Below are positions 27,453 through 39,600 of a DNA stretch of 64,000 nucleotides, in pieces; the stretch's first letter is position 1; each line of letters starts with the position of its first letter. The notes beneath the pieces were generated by a model. That model was not told the origin of the DNA and ran no database searches. It worked only from the letters and a program-made list of their open reading frames with translations. This stretch comes from Eledone cirrhosa (lineage: Eukaryota): NCBI GenBank assembly GCA_964016885.1, contig OZ024741.1, forward strand, positions 359,352,001-359,416,000, given 5' to 3'. A program made the position numbers and the translations under genes.

Positions 27453-28560
27453 GAATTCCCTTGAAAACTACATTAAGGGTACATGTGTCTGTATGTTAAT
27501 TTAATGATCAGGCTATTAGACATTGACTGAATCAAATAGAACACTCAGCATCAAACTGACACAGGCCCAATAACAAGAGGGTTTATATTTATTTGAGAAA
27601 TTCAACATGGCATGTATACACTGCTGTGAGTTTCTTACCAGAAACAGTTTTCAGAATACAATTTCTTTCATCAACTGTTTCGTGCTGTTACTGTTGACCA
27701 CTACTTATACACATACATGCATACACAACACCAGCATCAGCATCATCGTCATTTTATGTCTACTTTTCAATGCTTGCATGGGTTGGACAGGTCCTTTCCA
27801 GCACAGCCTTCCTCTATTCAGTTTTCCTTCACCATCTCCTCTGTGAAGGTCAGCATTTTGAGATCAGCTTTTACCGCCTTTGTCCGTGTCTTCATCAGTC
27901 TTCCTCTGTTGCAGCTTCATTCCACTGGCACTGGCACTTCTTCCAGCATTCATCATCTATATATATCACATGTCTTTTTATGCACTACATCTGATTCCTC
28001 TTATACCAAGCTTATCATCCATGCTATATTTATTTTTATTTAACTTATGACTTAGTTAATGAAGGAAGGGCAGTGAACTTATAAAACATTACATCCTTCT
28101 TCCATGGGACCAGTTCCTTTTAACCTATATTAACATAGTATTTACTCACCAAACACTATCAAATCCTATTGTTGAACCACTTTTGGTTCCAGTAAGTGTT
28201 CCAATTCATTCGATCAGCACAAAAGCTTGTTTGTGAAGTTAACATGCAAATGGCTGAGCATTTCACACATGTGTATCCTTAACATAGTTCTAAAGGAGAT
28301 TCGGTGTGACACAGTGTGTAACAAAAATGGCCTTTTGAATGACAGGTACAACTCATTTTATTCTAAGTGAGTTGAAACAAGGACAGAATGAGTCACCAGA
28401 AATGAAACCCATGACCTTACGATCGCAAGCTAAACACCCTAACCATATAAGTTCATGAATATATATAAATTCTAAACCCACTTAAAAGAAATATTTGAAA
28501 CAATAACATGTACTTATTTATATTCAAATGTTTAAAAATAAAATAAAATAAAATATTTAC

Positions 28561-29795
28561 CTTGTTGGTGCCAGAAGCCAGATTGTATCAAATCCAAATT
28601 GAAAATCTCTTCCAACCATTCTTTTGTAACTGTCTGCCTGATTTTGCGCTGGTACAGAAGTTCCATGGAGAGTGAGTAGAACCGGGCATTGGTTTGTAAT
28701 ACATTTAGCAATGGGGGCAATAGCTGCTCCCTGCTGAACAGAGCCATCATGATCAATGAATGAATATAGAAAAGACTGATTAAGTTTCCGACATCGAAGA
28801 TTTATTGGTGCAGATTCCATATTGCCCTCCGACGTAGAAATTTCTAGAACTAAATCAATTCCTGTTGGGTAACAGCCATTTGTGAGACGGTTGTGAGTAG
28901 AAACGATGGAAATAATGAGTCCAAGTATTTGACCAGGAGCTATATTCCGTTTGTCAACCAATTCCAATGTAACTGGTTGACCATAAGATTGACTCTTGAG
29001 AGAAACTCCAATGTTCTTTAACCACTTGTTGCCCAAGAAGTTAATCACAGGAATACTCAAATATTGACTGAACAAGTAACCTTCAACAAGATCAGGTACC
29101 ATAGTTGGAGAAAGTATATCAAAACTTGTGCTAACTGTTTTGAAAACACATTTAAAATTTGCATTTACTTTAGCACGTAATTTTGCATACAGTGTATGTA
29201 TTCCACGTGTGAGGGTAATACTGAACATAAGCTGGTCTCGATGATAGACATCCCCTACAATAGGGACTTTATTCACATAGGCAGTAGTAAATCCATGGCA
29301 TTGAATAACAACTGTTTGTTCTTTTTCGTTGATAGCAAACTCTCCAACAACCCAACCTTGCCATTCTGTGATGCCCATGGAACCAAGAGAACCGACCAAA
29401 TCATTCCATTCTAATTCAGGAGAAATTCGAATTAAAGATTCTCCTAAATGCCGATATACTTTCCACTTAACTTCCCCATTGGGAACAATTTCAGAAAAAT
29501 ATTTGATATTTTTTTTTAAACGATATAAAGAAACATTATGGATGCCACCATAAGCAGCCAAAGGATCACCATCCAGTTCCATCTTTCCAATGACAAATGG
29601 ACCAATATAATGCCAGTCATTCACAGAGAGACTATTTTTAGTTGACTGTTTTACAGCTTGTTTAAAACAAAAGTTTGCTTGAGTAGTCTGGGGTTGAGGC
29701 TTTTGTAAATAAATATGTCCCAAAGCAGACCAAACAAAACCTTCATTTGGGTTGTTTTCCAAGAACTTTAAGTGACAAAGGAAAGTGTTTTCATT
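28561..29795 (-). CDS. Secreted alpha/beta-hydrolase gene, exon 3 (large 1235-nt exon, NENTFLCHL...PVLLTLHGT...WLLAPT-R)
   Basis: ttttcag| acceptor, |gtaaat donor, phase 0-2; TPR-like segment, WHYIGPF..G..ELDGDPL, oxyanion-region PVLLTLHG. Confidence 0.93.
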
Positions 29796-30339
29796 CTGAA
29801 AAAATAATTGAAAAAGTTTAAATGTAACTTATTATCAATGATGAAAGTATTTGTTTCTATCCTTGGATTGGAACCATATAAAAAATTCATATAACAAAAA
29901 GAAAAAGAAAAGAAAAGAACCAATAGGCAGACTGGACCAAGGAAACAATATCTTCATTAGTCTTTCCATTGTGATACTATATGTGCTTATAACTCCTAGC
30001 AGAAGGAGCAATGTGAAATAAAGTATTCTGCTCAAGAACACAATGCACTGTCAAGTCCAGGAATTGAACCGACAACTTTATAATTGTGAGTCCCACATAC
30101 TAACCACTAAGCCATGGGCCTACACATATAACAAGAGTTGATGCAATATTTAACTGTTTTTCAGAAGCAATATTGTGATCTAAACACAATTGCTCTCCCT
30201 TGTATTCATTTCATTTCTTCTTGTTTTTCTCTTTAACCCTTTTGTTACTATAGTTCTAATGAAAAATACTGCCTGTAATTTTTAAATAATTTTGAAAATA
30301 ACGAAGAATTTGAAGGGATTTATGATAATTAAAGCTGAG

Positions 30340-31556
30340 TGAGACAACTGCAAATGAAGTTCCTAGTTTTCATTGATTTGAAGAAGGCCTTTGATAGAGT
30401 ACTACTATCTATTACCTAGTGGTTTTGAAGATAAGTGGTTTGAGGGAGAGTGCAAGCCATGTACAAAGGTGCTGTCAGTAAAATGAGAGTAGGCAATGAG
30501 TTTAATAAGGAATACAATAAGCAAGTGCATGTACATCAAGGCTCTATTCTTAACCCACTCCTGTTTATTATAATTTCCCAGGCCATAACAGAGGAATTTA
30601 AAACTGGCTCTTCCTGGGGAGCTCTTCCTGATGATTTACAGCTAAGTGCACAGAAGATTTAGAGAAGTTCCAGATGTGGAGATGACAAAACCTGGAATTG
30701 AATGGCCTTAGGGCAAACTTAGCAAAAACCAAAGCCTTAATAAGTAGAAGATAAAAGAGAATCCTACTTTCATCTAGGAAATGACCATGTTTAATTGGCA
30801 GAAAACGTACGTAGAATGTATTCAAGAGCCATCAGAATGTAGGTCACTACAAGTGCATCCATTATATACTTTGGGTGCACAAGAGGTGTAGTGGAACAAC
30901 AGGCAGGCTAACAAAGAAAAGAAATTTTGCATGGCAGATGCAGTAGTAAAAGTACAAGTGAAATAAATTCTTTCCAATTTATAGAAGTAGTTAATAACTT
31001 CTGTTACCTAGAGAGTCAAATTAGCAATGGAGGAGGATGTTCTGAAAGAATAGCAACTAGAATAATAACAGGGTGAAAAAGGTTCAGAGAGCTGTTAACT
31101 CTACTGGCAACAAAGGGATTCTCTCTTTAAGTGAAGGGTAGATTGTATGATATTTGTGTATGATGTATAATGTTACGTTATAATGAGATATGGGCAGTGA
31201 ATGCAGAGGATATACAAATGCTGGAGAGAAAGGAATCGAGCTTGTATAATATTAGCGTGCATAAAGGAAAAAGTACAGATTACTTGACAAAAAATCTAAG
31301 CATAAAAGGAATCAGATTCAGTGATAACACTGGTATGGACATGTGATGCCTATGGATAAAAAAGTGCCAAGGGTTCCCATTGGAAGGAAGCTACAGTAAA
31401 GAAAGTCTGAGGACAATCTGGGTAGAAGTGGTGAGAGCTAATCTAGGAATAGTGAACCTCACAGAAGAGATGATGAAAGAATGCAATGAGGTGGAAAATT
31501 AAGATAAAGACCCATCCAACCCGTGCCATATGAAAAGGCGGACATGAAGATGATGA
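30340..31556 (+). mobile_element. Degraded RTE LINE
   Basis: AMYKGAVSK.RVGN, VHQGSILNPLLFII, EEFKTG; many stops; GAT-like tail. Confidence 0.8.
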
Positions 31557-31587
31557 TTAAACATTACTAAACAAAAATATGACAAAC

Positions 31588-31704
31588 CTGTGGTTCCAGT
31601 AGTCTTAAATGAGTGATTGACTTCAAGCTTGGTGAGTTGAAAGAACAACTGGCCTTTTGTTTTGAAATTGAATTCTTTTCATTTTCAATAAAGTCAAATA
31701 ATTT
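31588..31704 (-). CDS. Secreted alpha/beta-hydrolase gene, exon 2 (KLFDFIENEKNSISKQKASCSFNSPSLKSITHLRLLEPQ)
   Basis: Strong polypyrimidine tract + cag| acceptor, |gtttgt donor, 117 nt phase 0-0. Confidence 0.75.
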
Positions 31705-34298
31705 CTGAAAATAAAGAAAAAATAAATAAAATACAGAAGAACTGACATCCCATGGGCACAAGCCGAAACTGACATATATATGCCAGCATGGAAAAATGGA
31801 CGTAAAATGTTTATGATGATGATGTGCGCAAAACTCAACCAAAATCCAACAGCAACTAAAACCTCTTTTTAATACCAAGCAAAAAACATAAAAATTCTAA
31901 TGTTTGTGAGGAAGTTATCCCAAATATCTAATTTCCAAAGAAGCTACAAGTCATTCCTGAATTTGCTAATCATAATGGCACATTTTTATAAGAATCAAAC
32001 TTGTAAATATGGTACATATGAACAAGATGTACTCCTCTGACTTGTCTCAGACCATTCCAGCATGGAAAACAGACATAAAACAATGATGATATATCAGTTC
32101 CTCCTGAAAGAACTAGATGAAACCAACAGAAATCTGAAATGATTAATTCTCTACATAGCCTAGTCGTAAGGGGTGTTAGACTCACAATCATAAGGTCAGA
32201 GGTTCAATTCCTGGACCAGATAACATGCTGTGTTTTTGAGCAAGACATTTCATTTCACATTACTTTTCATGAAAGAACTGGAGCACCTATTATTAAAATA
32301 CCCAAGAAACCTCCAATAAGACGTAACCTCATAGGAGACCGGCTAAACTTGCATAGATGTGAGCTATAAATTTCATTTCATTTCACTCTACCAAATACAT
32401 AAGAAAATAAACTAAAAGGAGAAATTGAATTACAAACTTATATATCAGTGCATACGAAGTTGACTTGAGTATGAAATCTACTTGTAGATTTAAGGAAAAC
32501 ACAAAAAGAAAACAAGACTGTTATGAATAAATCTTCAAGGTGTCTTGATAAACTGGATCGATATGTAGTTATGCCATCCATACTTGCTCCCCTCTGCTGG
32601 GTAATATCTTCTCTTTTCCTTTCCAACATAGACTATATCCAGCAAGGTGGTGGGTGAAATCTTACTGCTTAGAGCTGGGTTTTTTCAGTTCTTGATGCAA
32701 AGCAGGATAGATTGAAGCAGAAAGTCTAGGACAACTTACATTCAAGAGACACTTTCAACTCTCCCTTCGATCAATTCTCAAGATACAGCTTACTTTCTGC
32801 AAGTGCCAAATTTTCAGGGGATTGGGTTGATGTCCAACATTGGTGGCCTATTTAGTCAAGATGAAGTCTGCATCTCCATTGCACTTAGAATGGGAACCAA
32901 TGTAGAGGATTAACATTTTATGTTACAGCTTTTGACTCCAAGAGTCGTCTAGCCATCTGAATGCAAGCTGCTTCACTAGTCATACTGAACTAAACCTAAT
33001 TATCAAGCAGGCCCTGTCTCCACTCAATATTGCTTCAATTCTGGAGTTAGCTACATTGTCCATAGCTGACGGGAAAAGGCTACCCGATAGAAAGGTAGAT
33101 GTCTCATTTGGGACGTCACAGTTAATTACTCTTTTGTACTTTCCCACTGCTTACATAGCTTGATATTATTGATTACTCTGTTATCCTGAATGTTACAATA
33201 TAGCATTTTAGCTGATGAATAACAGCTTTTATTAAAGTTCTCTACAACAGTAGTCAATGTGGCCATTTCTTGTTTCGTAGCATAAGCTTTTGTTTGTAAA
33301 TATGCTAAAGTAAAAAATTCAATACTTCAGTTTCTTTTAGTTATCACAGTTAAAAGCAATGGCTTAGGATAATTTTCTATCAACGTATAATGTTAATACT
33401 AGACCGTCGAGTTTGCACAATGGGATCAATTTCATTCTTGTCTAAAAATCAAATCTAACTAACTCTTTTGAACAAAACTAAACAGACATTTGCTTTGAAA
33501 AGCCACAACTAGTTTTGTTCAATATAAAAAAATAACGTATTATGCCTTCAGAATGGTATGTAACCCCAATAAAAACATGTTAACGGGCTTGTAGAAGATA
33601 ATGGAATTCAGGAGTATGAAATATATTTCAACAATATATATATATATATTCAGGGTAAACATCCATTACCACCACCAAAGAAATACACGTTAGCAACATG
33701 CGGAAGTAAATCAGTGACAACAAATAATAGTTAAAAAGCAAAAAATTGAAGTTGTTTTAATATACACGATGGTGAAAATTCTTTATAATCAACATGAAAT
33801 AATATGATGCTTACAGAATGAAAATATAGACACAAATAATATATACAATACTTAATGAATACTTCTTACAGAATGAATATATAAACACATCATAAATACA
33901 ATTAATTATTGCTAGGAGCCTTATAAATATAATGCACACAAATATAAGATCAAAGCGAGAGAAAAATAGAAGGAACTGTTCGTTTAGTGATTTTAATTGA
34001 AAATAAATTTCAAAATGCAGGGCCTGATTGCAAGTGTAAGAGCATAGTTTATAATTGCGGATCAGTCGGTTTTTAGTATATTGTTTTGAAAACCCTTGTG
34101 ATAGAAAGCGAAAATCAATGAAACCAGAATTCAAAGAACTGTGAACCACTGAACAAGATAAATACAATAAAACATCGTTTTTAGCTCTGTTGTTTGCGCC
34201 ATCAACAAAATCACAATGAATGAGATACGACTTAAACATGTTTAACGCTGAAATAGATATAATTGATTTGGTTGTATATTACTGAGGAATGTACTAAC

Positions 34299-34394
34299 CA
34301 TGATTTCTTTCTTTTTGCTTTTCGATGCTTTTAAAGAACAGAAAAACCACCCGCAAATTAAAATAAACAATAAAACATGCTTCTCGCACTTCAT
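34299..34394 (-). CDS. Secreted alpha/beta-hydrolase gene, putative exon 1 with signal peptide (MKCEKHVLLFILICGWFFCSLKASKSKKKEIM)
   Basis: aaaATG start, hydrophobic h-region, L-K-A cleavage-like site, ATG|gttagt donor in phase 0 matching exon 2. Confidence 0.7.
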
Positions 34395-35280
34395 TTTTAT
34401 CTTGTTTACGTATGAAAATCAAGCGGTGCTCAACGAAAATAATGACTACTTAATGGATATCCTGTCTCTTCTGCGGCACAATCATGAAAATCGAGATGCA
34501 TGGCAGATGAAGTCTATTTTCGTTTTAAGTAGACGGCAGTCTTTACTTAATTATTTTATTTTATATTCATTTGCATCAATTACAATTATTTTCTTTCATA
34601 TTTGCTTTAATATTTATTAAACATAATTCAATTTTAAACATTTTCTTTTACAAATAAAACATCCTGAATGTATTTTGGTGCTTTATTGACAGTATGCACC
34701 TCCCAAAGCATAACAAAATTCTGAATTTAGGTATTCAGAATTCCTACAGATACGTGGAAAAGTATCCAATACATACTGCGACATTCCCCCTCCTACTTTT
34801 TTTTAATACAAATAAATCATTCAAAATTTACATAAAAAGATCAACCGGGTATCATTCACTATTGTGGATTGGCAGTATCTGTAGAAGGTCGGACGCCGTT
34901 TTGCAGCATAGAGTTACGGCCCTTCACGGTTTGAGTTCAAATCCCGCCGAGGTTAACTTTGCCTTTCATCCTTACGGGGTCGATAAAATAAAGTATCAGT
35001 AATGCATTGGAATAATTGCTGGTCTTGTGTTAAAAGTAGAAACAATTATATACTTCACAGTAGATTGGCAATATCGGTAGAGCGCCAGACACCAAGCTTT
35101 GCAGCATAGAGTTATGGCTCTTTACGTTCTGAGTTCAAATCTTGCCGAGGTTAGCTTTGCCTTTCATCCTTGCGGGGTCGATAAAATAAAGCACCAGTAA
35201 TGCACTGAGGTCGATTTAATCGACTTTCCCATCCCGCCAAATTTCTGGCCTTGTACCTAAAGTAGAAACAATTATATACC

Positions 35281-35690
35281 TCAGCTGGAGCCAGCAGGCC
35301 TAGACCGTGGAGATGGCAAGCGCCTCGACGGAATCACCTTCTTCCCATTCGAAGGAGGTAGATCCCTCATCTGGGACGTCACCTGCTGCAACACGTTCTC
35401 CACCTCCAGCTTAGTAGTTTCGGCCACAAACCCCAAACCCCGGCATCGCAGAAGAACATAAAATAAACAAATACCGGGGTTTGTCCGACCGCTTCCTATT
35501 CGCACCGGTCGCCATCGAGACTTCAGGCGTACTTGGAGCCCGTACTACCGAGCTTCTCCGCAAGTTGGAGCGTCGGCGGCCCGTCTGAGGAGGGAACCCC
35601 GCGAGGTTGGGTGGTTGTTGCAGCGGGTATCACTGGCCATCGTCTGGGGGAATGCTTTTGCCGTCTTGTCCGCGGAACGCAGCACTCCTA
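35281..35690 (+). mobile_element. 3' fragment of a CRE-clade non-LTR retrotransposon (restriction-like endonuclease domain)
   Basis: GC-rich island encoding EPAGLDRGDGKRLDGITFFPFEGGRSLIWDVTC, VAIETSGVLG, LLQRVSLAIVWGNAFAVL; pyrimidine-rich tail to ~35875. Confidence 0.75.
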
Positions 35691-36689
35691 CCCATTTGCC
35701 CTTGGCCCAAAGCTTAATCACCCTTCGCCTTCACCCCTCCCCTCTCTTCTGCGACACCAGAGCTCTTGCCATCCCCTCCCTTTCCTGTTCTTTTTCTTCT
35801 TTCTTTCTCTCTTTTTTTTTCTATATTTCCCTATTCTTTCTTTCGTTTTGTTTCCCCCCCCCCTTTTTTTTTCTTACTAAATAAGATTTGTTATTTACTT
35901 CTGAATAAATTTCCTTCTTCACAAGTATACAACATAATAGTAAAGGCAGGTAGATTGCTTTTTCTGACAGGAGATGCAACCGGTAAATGGTATCAGCAAT
36001 GAAAAGGCCAGTAGAAACATTGCTTCCTAAGTCCGATTTGACGAGTTTCACCTCACTCGGTAAGCGAATGAAGCCTGGGATCTTGTTGATCGTTTCCATA
36101 TTATATACAACGATCCCTTTCGAGTAAAGTACTGAATCGTTATAATCGACTGTTGGCCTTGTCTCTATTAGAAACCATCATACAGGATGGTGGATTGACA
36201 ACAGTTCAACTATTTCGAGGCTGTTTTTCCAATCAGAAAAAGGGGAATAGGTGTAAAATCCAAACTCGCTATCTTGAATTCGGTTCCTGTTTTTGGAGTA
36301 AGATTACTCGTAATAGTGCGTAGATCAGAGATCTATTGGCGATAATTGCTTGTGACAGGACCCGCTGGAAGGCGTGTTTGAGGACTCTGCCCCCACGACA
36401 CTCTCAGGGAGTATCTCTGCAAAATTTTATTTAAATGTATGTATTTATAGAAAGTTATGAGGAAATAAGATACATCAGTTTGAGATACGTTGTCTAGGAA
36501 ACTGTCCGTAAGTATTAAAGAATGATTTAAGGTCATCCTTTATTCCTTTAACTTCAATGCACGCTTATACATTTAGAAGAATAGAATAGTCAGCAGTTTT
36601 AGGGGAGATAACTTAATTTAACTTATTTAACAATAAAAGAAAAGGCGGGAAACGGTGTTAGCCATTACTATTCATTACAACTTGCAAGC

Positions 36690-39600
36690 ATGGGTGTAAG
36701 TATTACCTTTGTTGTTACTATCGTTTATTTTAATTTTATAGTGATTAAACTCCTATTTCAGTTTAATGTTACCGTTGTCTTTAATAGTATTATTAGCCAA
36801 AAATATATTTGTACACGGTACTATTATGGCGAGGTTTTAAACATTTAATCATTGCCACAGCAAGATTTCCCGGTGAATGTTCAGAATAAGCATCGTTGAG
36901 AACGAGTCGCAGGTGACGGATTGCGATATAGCCATCAGATATGAGGGTTAGTTGCGATATATGTTGGCTCCTGCCATACGAATAAGCAACTCCAGACAAA
37001 ACATCGGTAAACTACTAAATGAGATGGAACAATAGGTGACACTGTTAGTTCTCGGGGAAAACTCTCAAAGCAAGCTGAGCAGAAGCTGCCTCTAAAAATC
37101 TTCGTCTTCGCAGGTCTGAGAAAATTACTAAATTGGTGACTGTCACGAATAAGACCACAAAAAAACTGCAGCCTGATAAGATTCTACAAAAGGAATCTTA
37201 TCACGTTGTCATTTGCGCGGGATAGACTTGCAAAGGTTTCGTGACCCGAGACCCAAAAGAGGGTCCGGAAGCGAGTAAATGTTACAACCTTTACAGGTAA
37301 AGAGCAGGAACTAGTGGAAGAAGCAAAGTGTTACTGGCTGGATATAGTTGGTGTTCTCTCAACAAAAGTTCTGTGGCTCGGCTACCGTAGATTTAGATGG
37401 CAACTCCATTGTGCAGCTGCTGTACCAGAAAGGACTTCACAAGTGGGAATGGGGATACTCACAAGTTCACAGCTGTCGGAATGTGTTATGAAGTGGATCC
37501 GATGGGAATGGAAGATTTGCTTCTTGAAACTGAGGCTGAAGGAAAGGCCTCTGCTGACGGTGCAAGTTTATGTGCCAAACAGACAGTCGGAATACAGATC
37601 CTTCCTTGGTTAAGTCATTTCAGCGTTAATTAAGACTGAGTCATACATCCTACTAGGAGACTCGATTGCACCTGTTGGCACTGATCACCAGACATAGAAA
37701 AGAGTGATTGGAAGTAACAGAGAGGCCTTATTAAACTTCTGTTGTAATAATGGGCTCCTTTTTTCCAGCACAAAGTTGTGCTCAGGTATACATAGTTTAA
37801 GTGAAATCGAGGACAGAGGTCAGTAATTGATTTTTTTTTTATTGTCAACTGATCGCCACCTGAGACTACCTAAAGTTTAAAACCCCCACAAAACAATCAG
37901 GTTCAACTCGACCTGCAGGATAAAATGGGAAGTGCTGATTGATGAGGTCAGGATCATGTATGCGGGTACTATTGCATCCACATTTAGAGAATTTGCTGAA
38001 CAAACTAAAGGTGTTGAAATGGAGTGGCGACTATGCAGCTTGGCAATTTCCGTTTCAGCTGTTTACTGGTATGGGTGAAAGTGGATCAAGGTGGCAAGAG
38101 GACATCTTGGTGCAATCAGTGCCTCCCCAGTAAGGTCTATGCTAAGTGTCTGGCAAAGAGATGTAGGGAGAATGTCAAGTCCAAGCTAGCTGACGAACAG
38201 TGGGATTTTCATTCCGGTTCATAATCTTCATGAACAGGGTTGACGTGTAGCTGGGTTGGAAGTAATATCAAAACCACCAGGTATAGGATCATTCAGCTGA
38301 TATTTGCAGACAGCATGGTGCCACTTAACTCATCGGAAAGTGATCTGGATAGGTTTGCTGTTGAGTGCTGCACAGCAGGAATGAAAATCAGTGCTGCAAA
38401 GACAGACATTCATCCTCTTGGAAAAGCCTGTGCAGCATGCTCTGCATGTGAGAGTAGTTGCACTGAAGTAGGTTGAGAAATTAAAGTATCTCGGGGGCCA
38501 TTTTTATGAATGGTGGAAGGCAGGAAGCTGAACTAAATGAAAGAATTCGCCAGCCCATAACTCTATCTTCAGTTTGGTGGTTATGAATTTTAAGGGATAA
38601 TTGAAAGAATATGACCACGAACATAAGTGGCTGAAATGGTGTTCCTGCAAAAAGTCTTTGGAGTAACATTGCTCAATAATATGCGTAGCTTGGAGCTCAG
38701 AGAATCGTTCCAGGTAGAGTCGCTACTTCTCTGAATTGAGAGATCAAACCTCCAGTACTATAAACATGTGGTTAGAATGTCTAAGGAAAGAATTACTGGT
38801 CAGAAAAACAGGTAAACTAACCTACAGGAGATCCAGAGGTAGACCATGAGCAAGATTGTTGAATAACATTAATAAGCTCGGTAGGTCTTGCTTGGAGATC
38901 CAGCTGGATCATTTGGTGATGGTTGTTTCAGATAGGACCCATTGGATGGCATGTCTGAGAACTCTACTCCAACAGCTCTCTCGGGAATAAGTATGCAATG
39001 AAGAAGCATTACACGTAGCTGTCCGATTTCCTTACATTGTAGGTATTACTATGAAGATTGTTAAAAGTTTACATAAACCATTGGCTTTTCATTAGTAAAT
39101 GCTTTGAAATATATCTTGAGTGGGATACAGACAAAAACCCACATGAAATATAGAACAAAATCTATTTATAGTTTTTAATAGCTAACATTGAAATGTAACT
39201 CTACATTTATGTTTATTCTTTTACTTGTGTAATTTATTAAACTCTCTCCATGATGAGAAACCACTTTTATTTAGTTGATCATATCAACCCCAGTGTTTTG
39301 GGGTTTTTTTTAAAAGTCTAATACATAAGAGAGTATTGAAGTTAGCTTGAAGCATTGTGGAACAATAAGTAAATATCTTTAAGTCGTTTGGAAGCCTCGA
39401 CAATGCAAATGGGTAAATCTCCGGGTAACAAGGTCCGGTGGTGGAGAGAGAGATGTAAGAGGGTGTACGTTGAGATGCGTGGTGTGTATAAGATGTGTGA
39501 GATGTGTAGAATGAAGGGAAGAGTATAAAGGATAAAAATAAAAATAACAACACAAGAGAGAGTTACCTTGGGAGAGATTTAATAGTCCCTATATATTTCG

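Noticed and set aside
33670-33699. MLLTCISLVV mini-exon beside a CGGAAGT motif as an alternative start
   Set aside because: Only 10 codons with a mediocre donor; cannot be distinguished from chance
33811-34620. ORFs 33811-34239 (-) and 34300-34620 (+)
   Set aside because: Low-complexity AT-rich translations without motifs; the latter is antisense to the putative exon 1
35900-36099. Signal-peptide-like frame MFLLAFSLLIPFTGCISC / ORF 35821-36099 as the first exon of the hydrolase
   Set aside because: Homologous to SINE-associated repeat at ~21910-22040 and ~29930-30010; a better exon 1 exists at 34299-34394
39284-39553. 89-aa ORF identical to the N-terminus of ORF 41711-42829 as a duplicated gene
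   Set aside because: It is the downstream pseudo-LTR copy of the Penelope element
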